DNA of 64,000 bases from contig NC_087251.1 of the NCBI RefSeq assembly GCF_037042905.1, forward strand, positions 28,026,001-28,090,000. The letters run 5' to 3'. The notes below the pieces were generated by a model. The model did not search any database. It was not told where the DNA came from and worked only from the letters and a program-made list of their open reading frames with translations. The stretch comes from Lytechinus pictus. Its lineage: Eukaryota. Each line of letters begins with the position of its first letter. The first letter of the stretch is position 1. The position numbers and the translations under genes are program-made. This document shows positions 1-12,100 of the stretch, piece after piece.

Positions 1-876
1 TGGTGATTATTCTTATTGCACGTTTTTGTATTAAAAATATTTTTTTTAATAAATAAGATGCGGTGCTTCCCCATATTATATTGCAATAGGTTATATAAGG
101 CAAGATCATTGTATTATATAAATTAGTGAGAATAAAAGGTGGCAATGTGAACTTTAGTCTACTTATGACACCAACAGCACATGACATTTTATACGATATT
201 TCATTAATATGATCTTTCCACGTAAGGTTATTATCAATTTTAACACCAAGAAATTTTAATGAAGTTACCTTATTTATTTCTTTGTTATTGATATGCAATT
301 TAATCAAGTCTTCGTTAATTTTCCTGTTTTTTGTTTTAAAAATTATATAATTAGTTTTTTTCAAGATTTATCAATAATTTATTGGCAAGAAACCAGGAAT
401 GCAATTTACTTAGTTCAGAGTTGAGAAAATAGTTCGATCGCTATATTCTCCCTGACCGAGTCTGGGGTTATTCAAAATATTTATTTTATAGTTTGGGTTG
501 TCGTTCCATACTTCAGATTGTGGGTGGGGACGTGAGGTGAAAACATATCTAAAATTTTCGGAGCGCTCAATCTGCGCGCCAATTTTTCAGGGCCCTGGGA
601 ACGATTTTTTGACTGATGACTGATGGGGTGCTGATGTAAAATAAATGATTTTAAAAGCAAAACAAACAAAAAAGTTTTTACTAAGAAATGGAGGTCATTT
701 TGGATACATTTTTCCATGTTTACACATCTTCCATTAAGGGGGTGCTGCCTATGCAGCTATACCCTAAGGAAAATCCCCGCTTCCCAAGCAGGGTCATGCA
801 AATTTTAACAGAATTTTGCACATGAATTAAGAGCTCCGAAAAATTGACAATTTTCTATGTATAATAGTATTTTAAT

Positions 877-1493
877 CACTGGCGTAAATCCGAGCAGTGG
901 GGGTGACAGCAATGATTATAATGATCTGAAAATCCAAAATTTTGAGGAAAAAGAAATATAAAGAGTAAACAAGTATTAAACAGTCCATATTTTGTTCGAT
1001 AAAAACTCATTTGCTCACTGGCCAAAGGTGAGATGAGAATGAAAAATCATAATTATCGGGATTAATTAAGGGTGCTTATAATGATTGTAGGTCATCAGGC
1101 CACAATACAAACTTCCAAAAACGTGGAAATAGTACAATGATGCAAATATTAAAAGAAAAATATTGCAGAAAGGAAAGATTTTGAATAATTAATCGTTAAG
1201 ATTATATTAGGAGATGATTCAACATTCAAAATTTGGAACAAACTTCATATTTAAAATATTTATTAGATTGTGATGGAAGATTTAAAGTCTCTTATAAACG
1301 GATGAAATTGTAAAGTGAGTGAGAAATATTGCTGTCCTCTTTTGCCTCTGTGTTTCAGTAACGGCATTGATTTGGTCAACCATCAGTAACTATTCGTACT
1401 CTTATAACTAGACGTATAGCTTATATACCTATATTTTTGTAAAAATTATCCCCCGCTTCCACAAAGATGCCCCCCCCCCCATTCACGCCAGTG
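877..1493. mobile_element. MITE, hAT-like
   Basis: TIRs CACTGGCGTAAAT / ATTCACGCCAGTG with G/C runs inside; TSD degenerate. Related ends near 2541-2559 and 4638. Confidence 0.55.
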
Positions 1494-1609
1494 TATTCAA
1501 AGGATGTTTTTATTTATTTATGATCAAAGTTATATAATGAGTAATTGGTATCATGCAATTCATAAATGGACGTAATACTACTATTAAAACCATACTCTCA
1601 TGATGGAGG

Positions 1610-2140
1610 CCCGGGGGGTGGCCACTTACTTTGACGAGTTGATACCATGCGCGAACCAAAAAACACGTAAAAATGATGTCTTTTCAAGATAGGGCGTGTT
1701 ACGTACATAACGTAATAATGGTGTCATAAAACAGTAAAATAATGTAAAAAGGGTATCTATTCGCTAGGAAAGCTGTACGTGTTTAGGGTCAAATTTGCGG
1801 GGGTATAAAAATTAAGACTAAAAGTTTTATTAAGGATGTACTTTTTGCCCCAACACTACGTGTTTAGAGTCCAATTTGCACGAGGTGGAGCCGTAATAAA
1901 CCCAATGTATATAGGTAAAGGTAAACCGACGACCGACGTCCGTGATATAACAATTAAAATATCACTGTACTTGTTTAGGGGTCAATTCAGGAAATACTTG
2001 CCAAGGGTACCGTTTTGTTTCCAATACTTGTTAAGGGAAGGGTTTCACATGTCAATACTTGTTTAGGGTGCTTTTCGAGACCCCATGGTCGCGCATGGTA
2101 TCCACTCGTCAATGGAATAAGTGCCCCCCCCCCCCCGGGG
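1610..2140. mobile_element. Non-autonomous DNA transposon with CCCGG ends and 8-bp TSD, copy 1
   Basis: ~45-bp TIRs (cccggggg..ttgacgagt.gataccatgcgcga / tcgcgcatggtatccactcgtcaa..ccccggg); TSD GATGGAGG at 1602-1609 and 2141-2148; homologous to 3331-3906. Confidence 0.85.
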
Positions 2141-2150
2141 GATGGAGGGG

Positions 2151-2237
2151 ATAATAATATAATATAATAATAATATAGGTATATTTACCCAGGGAAGCCG
2201 CTTCAGTTCTGAAAACTGTTCTCCCAGCGGGCCCTGC
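2151..2237 (-). mobile_element. 3' tail of an L2/CR1-type LINE or SINE
   Basis: Minus strand gcagggcccgctgggagaacag..cttccctgggtaaata stem-loop followed by a (TATTA)n tail. Confidence 0.4.
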
Positions 2238-3330
2238 ATTATTATAACATTTGCAATATGCTAAACGTAGGAACTTGTCATGGCTAAAATCTTGTAAGAA
2301 TGAGCGCAGGAGCGGAGCGACCGCGCGAGAAATTTTGCTGCATTTTTAGAATGAGAAATTGGGCAAATTTAAGCACTTTGACTGCATTTAAAGATGCATC
2401 CACGTAATACACGCATGAACCGTATAGTACGTATTTGATGATTAAAAAAATCTCGTTTCTGTCTTGAAAAGTGGGGAATGCTTGTACATGCCACCCCCTC
2501 TCCGAAAAGTGGGAGGTGGGGTGCCCGCCACCCCCCCCCCCCGGATTTATACGCCCGTGATTTTAATGTCAAGTATAATGCTTTCATGGTGCTTTCCGAT
2601 GCTTTTTCAAACATATGTTTACATTGAATACTATATTATCCAAATTATTGGGGGAGCAAATCGATATGTTTGCCCCTGCCCCCTCGAACAAGGCCTGAGG
2701 TTAGAGTGATTTGACTTGTGTATGCTACTGTGTTACACTGATGGGCAGAGATCCTAGGCCATGTTCTTTTGTAGCCTGTCTGCATGTTGAGTATCCCATT
2801 CAGGAAGATATATTTATATATTTCAGGATAGTTTTGAAATATCACAAGTTGTAAATATGTATATACATCTGGTTAAAAAAATGTTTTCTCAAATTATAGA
2901 TAAATTTCTTTATTATCATGTGTCTCCAAAATGCTGGAGAAATGAGATTATACTAATTACATATTTCAATACTAATCATAATTTATAAAAACATTGTACA
3001 TTTGATGCTGTGATATAGATTCTTTAAATGACATTATAAATCCTTATGATAATAACGAAATAACGTTTGGAGTATTCATTGATCTTAAAAACGCTTTTGA
3101 TTGTATTAACCATGACATATTGCTTAATAAATTATCTTTTTATGGAATACGAGGTATTGCCCTTAAATTAATACACGAACTTATTATTTAAGTAATAGAA
3201 AGCAATGTGTCCTTTATGATTCATGCCACTCTGAGTTCAAAAGAGTATCAATAGGCATATCGTAGGGTTCAATCCTCGGTCCTCTTCTGTTTCTTAAAAT
3301 TATGTTGATGATCTTCATCTCTATTCTAGT

Positions 3331-3906
3331 CCCGGGGGGCCACTTACATTGACGAGTGGATATACCATGCGCGACCAAAAAAACACGTAAAAAGGATGTC
3401 TTTTTCAAGATAGGGCACGTTACGTACGTAACGTGATAAGGGTGTGTCAAAACACAAAAATAATGAAAAAAGGGTATCTATTTCGCTAGGAAAGCTACGT
3501 GTTTAGGGTCAAATTTGCGGGGATGATAAAACAAAATTAAAATGTTTTATAAAGGATGTCCTTTTTGCCCCAACACTACGTGTTTAGAGTCCGATTTGCG
3601 CGAGGTGTGGAAGCTGGGGCCGTACTAAACCAAATGGTGTGTAAACTGTAAAGGTAAAACCGACGACCGATGGACTCGTGACATAACAATCAAATATCGC
3701 TGTACTTGTTTATGGGTTCATTTCAGGGAATACTTGCCAAGAGTATCGTTTTGTTTCCAATACTTGTTAAGGGTAGGGTTTCAGACGCCGATACTTGTCA
3801 AGGGGTGCATTTTCAGAATTGGGAAAATACGTGTTTAGGGTGCTTTTCGAGACCCCTTGGTCGCGCATGGTATCCACTCGTCAATGGAAGTGGCCCCCCC
3901 CCCCGG
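3331..3906. mobile_element. Non-autonomous DNA transposon with CCCGG ends and 8-bp TSD, copy 2, inserted in the LINE
   Basis: Same TIRs and interior as 1610-2140; perfect TSD ATTCTAGT at 3323-3330 and 3907-3914. Confidence 0.9.
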
Positions 3907-4109
3907 ATTCTAGTTTATTAAAATTTGTTCTTTTTGCTGACGACACAAATATTTATATTTTTTAGCCACAGCTGTGACTTAGGTTATTTACAACAAAATA
4001 TGAAATATCAAACTTAATAAAGTACAGGGATGGACATGGACCCTATTACTAAGTTAGTTTTGAATATTCAGAAAACAAATTTTATGATCATCAGTAGAAA
4101 CAATGTATT

Positions 4110-4228
4110 TTTGTGAACAAATTTTCGGCATTACTCTTATAAGTTTAAGATCGCATGCTATCTGCCATCATAAGTTGGAACCAGTGGGATTGGAACCTGC
4201 CATCTACTGCTTTTCCGGGCAGTAGATG
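4110..4228 (-). mobile_element. Partial tRNA-derived element (same family as 56047-56374)
   Basis: Shares gcattactc..tttaagatc..gaaccagtgggatt.gaacct.ccatctactgc with the 56 kb element; ends in the hairpin catctactgc/gcagtagatg. Confidence 0.65.
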
Positions 4229-4509
4229 AAAAATCTGTTAAATTATGTATAAATGATACTGAAGTAGAAAGGGTGGAGAGTTTAAAATTTTCTTGGAATT
4301 TATATTGATGAAAATTAAAAATGCAAAAGTCATGTTAACAAAATAAAATCCCTCATTTCTAGAAATATAGGTGTCTAAAAAAAGATTACGTGAATTTGTC
4401 CCACAAAATATTCTCTTAATGCTTTATAACACTTTAATATTATCATTTCTCAATTATGGGACCATCGTTTGGGGGTCTTCAAATAAATATTTATTAGATA
4501 GAACTTTAG

Positions 4510-4510
<1 letters not shown>

Positions 4511-4547
<37 letters not shown>
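4511..4547. repeat. (TA)n microsatellite
   Basis: Directly visible TA run. Confidence 0.9.
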
Positions 4548-4551
<4 letters not shown>

Positions 4552-5074
4552 AGTAATAAGAATGATATCTTATTCTGGTTTCAGAGCGCACACTGCTCAA
4601 CTCCTTCTTAACTATAAAATATTGCCTGTGTATGAATCACATGACGTAAATCCGGTCCGAGCAGTGGGGGGGGGGGGGGGCGTGAAAGCAATTGACCTGA
4701 ACATTAAAAAAATGGGGGGCACCCCCACAACTATGCTGGGGCTATGTATACGGGGATTTATAACCGTATACATAATCCGTTTACCTTTCAGTTAAAGGCC
4801 TCTCATCATTTTTTTGTTTTTTATGGCTAACTACTGAACTAAGTTAGTTAATATCCCAATGCGAGCGAGCAGATATTTAGTAGTTGAAAGACACGATGAC
4901 CAAAATCGTCATTTATAAGGTGTGATTATTGGATAATGGGAGTGAGTATAGAGAGTTAGCAAATTTTCAGTATATAGGTGGAAGAAAGACTGTTGCCAAA
5001 ACCCCTTAGCCAAAAATTTCAAGTGGTGTGTAATTATCACATCACGGGCTATATACTTTTTATAAACGCATACA

Positions 5075-5215
5075 TTCGTAATTCCGACGCGTCATTATTC
5101 CGAAGGTTCGAATAGTCCGAAGGTTGATCAATATTCCGAAGGTTTGTAATTCCGAAGGTTCGTAATTTCGAAGGTTCGTTATTCCAAAAACGAAATGAGG
5201 TTCGTTAATCCGAAA
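5075..5215. repeat. ~16-bp minisatellite (ccgaaggttcgtaatt)
   Basis: About 7 degenerate tandem copies. Confidence 0.75.
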
Positions 5216-5507
5216 ATGAAATATGGTTCGTTTCAAGTACTTATTCTTTTCATGTATTCCATATTTTCTCAAAATCTTCCTTTTCAAGTCTGATCGTCAA
5301 AATTTATCAGCTGCATGGCGCTGCGTGCTCGCATTTTCATTAGTACTATAAGCCCTGCTATGCTTCTATATGAATTCTGAAACTACTTAAAATCCATCTT
5401 TATGACAATTCATCAAAAGTTTCAGCTCTCACTTCGCGCTCGAAGTAATTAGTTAAATCATAGAGATATGGTATATACATAACTCGAACTATTATGGTCA
5501 TGATGGT

Positions 5508-5784
5508 CAGGGGCGGATCCAGGATTTTCCAAAAGGGGGCAAATTTTTCGGAGGAAAATTTTGACAAGCCCCCCAAAAAGAAAGTTTTCAACCACAAATA
5601 AAGGATATTTCGTACCCGAAAAAAATTGACAAGCAAAAAAAAAAAAAAAGGTCTTAAATTTCTTAAGAGGGGGCACATCTCTGTTTTAATGGCATTTTTA
5701 CATTACATTTTTTTTAATTGCTTCTAAAAGGTGGGGCACGTGCCCCCTGTGCCCCCCCCCCCCCCCCTGATGGATCCGCGCCTG
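5508..5784. mobile_element. hAT-like MITE
   Basis: TIRs CAGGGGCGGATCCA / TGGATCCGCGCCTG; perfect 8-bp TSD ATGATGGT (5500-5507, 5785-5792). Confidence 0.85.
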
Positions 5785-6178
5785 ATGATGGTATTCGGAA
5801 GTGTACCATGTGCAGTAATTGAGAACCCTTGCGTCATTATTTTAGTCTACTACATTACAGACAGTTTTCTTAAAATTTCGATAGAACTAAAAGTAAACCT
5901 TACATTAAAAAAAAATGTGATTACGTATAAACATAGATCAAGGTAATTAAATATATATAATATCATAATATTTCAAAATTAAAGGGCTAGCAATATATTG
6001 TAAAGGTATGAAAAAGTAAGTAAAAATAATATTATTAAGTGTTTGATTAAATAAGACTATTAAAGTATACAATTCTAGCATTTTCTGATTTTTCATGCTG
6101 GTAGCTGTAGATTTCGATATCTGGCCTCATTCTTACTATTCGATATAATACAAAGGAAAATCATATATTTCCGTAGAA

Positions 6179-9100
6179 ATGGCTAAGTGGGGACAAGGAG
6201 ATCCTCGATGGATTGTGGAGGAACGAGCAGATGCCACAAACGTCAATAATTGGCATTGGTAAGTTTTTTTCGAACGTAGCTGCGTAGCCGTAGTCGTAAG
6301 GTACTCGTACCGTACTAGAACTTAGTGCAACACCCATTGGAGATTAAAGTGCCGGGCCTGTCGGGCTGGGTTGACCGGTTGCCTTGTTGTGGTGTCCGCT
6401 TCGTAACTTGCGTTTGCTTGCTAATGTGTTTGTCAACTTGAACAAGGAGCGCTGCGCCATGTCCGCATGTCGTTTCATCTTCGAGATAGGCTGCAGAGTC
6501 CTTTAAAATTACAGCATATGATGATGAATGGATGCCCCCTTGTTGATTGTCTGCGCACTTAAAATTGGACTGAAATTTAAACTTTAAGCTGTTATTAAGT
6601 GAAAATGAAGAAATAAAACACGTCATGACTGAGTTTCTTTGAAAGTCAAAAGTTATGAAAGAGTGATAAAATTGTTGTACTAGATCTAGATCTACTACCA
6701 CTACGTTATTACTAGCTTCCCGAAATTCAACAAGACAACATGTGAAGCTTTTCTGCAGTAATTTTTGTTCTAAAAAAGTCTTTAGTAAAAGTTTGTTCAT
6801 CTTTAATTGCAATGGTTTTTCTTTAAATTTCCGTCTTGATATTTCTGAAACTGAAAATCTTGAAATATGATTATGAATATTGAATAAAGTGCCCAAATAT
6901 CGGACACTTCTAATCATAATTGGACCGAAACAAAAATACAATCATTGAACCAAATAAAATTAAAAATCATGTGTATGATGGGGGGACCTACATGTAAAGC
7001 TACGCACTTTGTTTTCAAACGATAAAAACTATCCCAATTTTAATATTTCAACAAATATCTTTCACTAATCTGTGGCAAACATTCTAAAGATCATTAACCA
7101 AGAAGAAAATATCGCAAAACTCACTAATACGAAAATCCCGCCATGTTTTCCGAACACCTCTTGATTTCGCCACCCGATGTAGAAGGGGTCCTAAAGCTAC
7201 GCACTCGATTTATCATGCAAAAAAATAGTATTTCCTGTGCCTCAATTTCCAAAATATATTCATATTATTATAGGAAAAAATGAAATTTAAGCGAATATAA
7301 CTCCAAAATTCCAAACAGTTGTTGGTTTCTCTGCATTTAGGCAAGGCTCGACATTAGCGGTGGCCCGGGGCCACCAAAAATTCACCTCGGGCAACCATTA
7401 TTGATAAAATGTTAAGTTTTGGTGGCCCGAATCGGGCAACCAATAATTTTCAAAGTAGCGCAATTTTTCTCCCAATTTTGCACGCATTTATCAACTTTCT
7501 ACAGCTCAAATTGCAAGCCAGTTCGTCATGCGCCCTTTTTGTTGATCTACACACAAATACACACACACAAAGTTTGCATATTAGGCCTACAGCTATAGCA
7601 TACAGTAGCTATTATCCAGCCAGACGCGCCGGCCGGCTGGCGTGAGCTTTGCATGAAGCCACTGCATACAGCTGTGCTCTAGATCTAGCTCAGCCTATTC
7701 AGACTCAGGGAGCTGCGATAAAAAATGTTGCTGCTGAGAAATCTTCCACAGAACTTTGAAAATCTCAGTCAAAGTCACATTTTACACCAATGAAATGCAA
7801 TTCTACAGTCTATATTACGAAAATCTGGTGTGTCCTGATTATTTGCAAGTATTAAGAAGAGGAATTATGACCTCTCTTTTGACTCAAAAAGACCGATTTC
7901 CACATGAATTAATACACATAAAACACATAGGCAAGTACATCACAGTCCCACGTGTGCATTTGTATGTATGTTGATACTTGGTTTCTTTCGAAGCTGTGTA
8001 TTTTCTAGCCAAAAACAAACAGACAGTTTCTTTCTTTCTTGTTTATAAATGACTTCTTAAACCACTCTTGAGAAAGTAAATACTTTGGGAAGGCATTTCA
8101 TTGATATGAAATGTGATTTTTTTCCCCAACATTTTGGCAAATATAGGGAAGGACTTTTCTCACACTTTTTTTCCAGATATAATTTTTGCCGTTTTTTTTT
8201 TTTTTTTCCTTTCATTTTTTTTTGACAGTGGTTAAACCATTTATACCCCTTCCCATTGAATATGCCTGATTAAAAAATATGTTTCTACTGAAAATAAAAT
8301 AATACAAACTAAAGGATATAAAAATAAAAATGTGCCATTCCCAAAAAGTAAGTGAAAATTATTTGCTTGGCTTTTAATTATATTCCAGTCAGAATAGACT
8401 GTTGCCACAGCTGTTAAAAAATATATGTAATGGCTTCTTAATTTTCCCCTTTTCCCCATTTTTTTATTAACTTTGTTTTATTAATTTTTCTTTCATTTTC
8501 TTTTCTTTTTTCTCTCTAATTTTTTTCTTTTCTTTTTTTCCCTGTTCTTTGTTTTTTCTTTCTTCATTTTCTTTTTGTTTTATTTCACTAATTTCTTTTA
8601 TTATTTTTGTTTTCTTTTTGTAATATACTTTTTGAAAATTATTTTCGTTTGTTTTCCCCTTTTATGCATTGTTCTAATTTTGCAGCATATTTTTCTGTGA
8701 TTTTCTCCTTCTATAATATGCTGCAAAAGAGAAAACAGAAATAAACTGGATTTGGGGCATGCATATTCTAGGTTTTAGGATTCAAAGAGGAAGGAAGGAA
8801 AAACCATTGTTTTGTACATCTATCTGAATTTGCTATGCACTATTTATTTACTTTACCATTATCTCTATACAGAGATTTAAAAAAAAGTCCACACAACCTG
8901 CGAACAATACAATTAATTTATTCTCTTCCAATCATTTCATTTTTACAACGATAGAAACATTTATCAATTAGCAAAGTAAAATAACAGCAAACAAGGTTTA
9001 CATGTATAAAGTAAAAGTAACATAGTGGTAGGGCCTAGTGGCTGCAGAATTAATATTTCAGAAGTTTGTTTTATTCATTTTTAATGTTTTTCTTTATATT

Positions 9101-12100
9101 TTTCGGGCCACCAAACTTTAATATCGGGCCACCAAAAAAAAAATTTTGATGGTTTTGGTGGCCCGAACGGGCCACCACCAAAAAAAGTTAATGTGGAGCC
9201 TTGATTTAGAGATTTACTGCAGCCTCTGTAGAAAAAATTGAATAGGAATCGTTCGTCACTCTGCAGTCACAGTTCCACACACAGAGTGCGCATTTGCCAT
9301 AAAAACTGCATGCGCGATGAGTGGTGCGTAGCTTTAGGACCCGCGCAGCTTTAGGACCCCCTGCCATAGATCTATTTCTGTAGTACAAATGTTAAATATT
9401 AAATGTCATAAAAAATTGAATTGAAAAAATTATTTACTTACTACCACTACCAGAAGCAGTGGTGTAACTACGTGTATGGGGGCCCGGGGGGGGGGGGTAC
9501 TCAACCAAAAAAGTGGTAGGTATGTGCTGCGGGCGAGACAAAAAACGGGGGCTTTGGAGCGGGCTTATTGTAAAAAGGAGGGTCCTCGGAACGGGCTTCG
9601 GAACTACAAGTGTTTGTGAAACGGGGGTCCTTGGAACGGGTCGCCTGCGTGTGAGTGCGTATGCATCCCTATGGAACGGGCATACGTGCATGCAGCTAGC
9701 CCGGCGGCATGGGCGCCGTGTGTGCTCGCACAGAGGCGATGGTCGGACAGTGCTCTGCGGCCGCTTTTCGCCAAAATTGCAGCTCATTGTAGCGGATCAA
9801 TGCGGCTGGAACGGCGTAATGAAAAATATAAGAAGCTTTGGAACGGATTTCTTCTTTTTTCTCGATAAGAAGAAAATGCTATGCTTTGGAGCAGCTTTCT
9901 TCTTTTTCTAAAAAAAATAAAAATGCTATGCCTTGGAACAGAAATTTGAGTGTAAAAATGGGGTCCCCTCCGCGGCACCTACCTACCACGCGTTATATAC
10001 TGAGTGCCCCCCCCCCAAAAAAAAAAAAAAAATGGGGAAAAGGAGAAAAAGAGGGAGAAAGGAAGAGAAACGTAGTGGGAAAGAAGAAAATATTATTCAT
10101 TATAATGTTATATTATAATTTACCTCAAGTGATGTTTGTGTAGGCTCCACTTCACTACCCCCTACAGCACGTTTTTTTGCGATAGATCAGACATGTGCGA
10201 TCTCAGCGGCGATAATTCTGGTGGAAATCACTTCCCCCTTACGAGATTTTTTTGGGTCATTGATCTTTTGGAGGCCATAATTAGCGAGGGTCATAACTCA
10301 TAAGAATCTTTGGAAGTCAAAATCATGGATTTTACCCATGGATTTTACCACTGGAATATTTTTTTTAGCAGCAACCTGGATCTACTGTGTGTGCTGTTAA
10401 ATAGCACTGCAGGTATGTTCAGGTATCACATGCATGCAAGTCCCCTGCCAGTTCTGGTCCCTGTAGTTGTGGGGAAGGAGTTGTTCGTCATTTTCGTCCG
10501 ATATTTGGAACCATCCAATATTTGGGGAGTTTACTCTAGGTGTACATACATACAGTATATCGGCATGTTTTTTTGGTCACGATTCAACAGCCCCTGCCCT
10601 TTATTCAACATATTATATGTTGAATAAAGGGCACACTTTTAATCTATATGCAATCTGCCAGCCAAGAAATGCTTTTCTAGACCTTGTTTATATGGAGAAT
10701 ATATCATATATTCTCCATGTAAACAAGGTCTAGAATATGGAGAATATATCATATATTCTCCATGTAAACAAGGTCTAGAAAAGCATTTCTTGGCTGGCAG
10801 ATTGCATATAGATTAAAAGTGTAAATATTTGATAATCATGATTTTTGACAAAAGATTATCCAAATATGACTTTGTAGTTGTACTTCTTCTCAAAATGCTA
10901 GAACAAAAGTTTGTTTTAGGAATTGTGAGAAAATAACTGAGTGATTTTATAGATCTTTTCGCATCCATCATCTCGTCTTTTTGTCATGGAAAACAATTGC
11001 ACAGTCGTTACATGCCAACTGCCAGCCAGACAATTGAAACCATGCAGCTTTTTTTTTTCAATCATCTGAGTATCTGCCTATAAATCGGCAAAGCGTTTCC
11101 TTTGGTCTTGCATTTTGCAAAGAAAATTCAGATTTTAGATGTCATGTTTTCGTAACATGCAGAATAATATTTATGGTATTTTAACAAATTAATTTACCAT
11201 CTGATATATGGATAATTTGTTTTTAGAGTGAAAATATTATTTAAAAAAACCTATTGCGTTATACTTTGATGTTGTCGATACTTTTCTATTAACAGGACAG
11301 AAAGAGATGCATCAAAGTGGTCCAAAGAGAAATTGACTGAACTATTTACAAATATCAAGGTTGGAGATGAAAGGGGTGAGTTGTAATTTCTTAGAGAAAT
11401 TTTATTAATTTCACAATGCTGTTCTTTGCTTCATCAGAATTAAACCCATTTGTTTTTGCTTTTTTCTCACATTTATGGAATGTACACAACTATCAGAATT
11501 CAATTGGAAATCATTCTTGAAATGACAGTAATGGAAGGACAAGGTAGATTCGAGCAGGTGAATTAAATGTGGAATTTTAAACTAATTATGTGAAGATTTT
11601 GAGGAAATAAACAAAGACATGAAAATATTGCATGCTTGACTTTTGTGAAGCCATTGGGTTATGGTCAGCCCCCCACTTTCAAACCATTTTGCAGCCCCTG
11701 TGATTTAGTTTGAAATTGCCGAGTGAAAATATTTTATATACAGGTCAGGTGTATTAAATGTTTAGGATTTCCAAAATTCTTATCCTTGTTTTCGGTTTGA
11801 TTTTTTTTTTAGGTCAGTGTGAGATTTATGAAGTGAAGGAGATGAATGGTGAAGCCTCTGCCAGCAATCGGAAGGCAAAACTGATCTTCTTTTATGAATG
11901 GGATGTTAAGTTGAAGTGGAAAGGTGGGTTTGAGCAGAATCCATAACCTAATTACCTTTTTGTCTTGTTTTCTGCTATAAAGGGTTGATAAATTACTCTT
12001 TTTTAAATTCTTTTTGATGATTGCTGCCACAGCAAGAAAAACCTGATAATCGATGTAATAATGCCTCCTGCAGCTCTCCTAAGAGTCCTATTAAAGGAGA

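Larger units (their letters stand above)
2894..4637 (+). pseudogene. Decayed CR1/L2-clade LINE reverse transcriptase fragment, interrupted by insertions
   Basis: Frameshifted RT motifs: [89 protein letters not shown]. Confidence 0.85.

Noticed and set aside
6315..6941. 208-aa minus-strand ORF
   Set aside because: Lies in AHSA1 intron 1, has no recognisable domain and no evident splice structure; probably chance.
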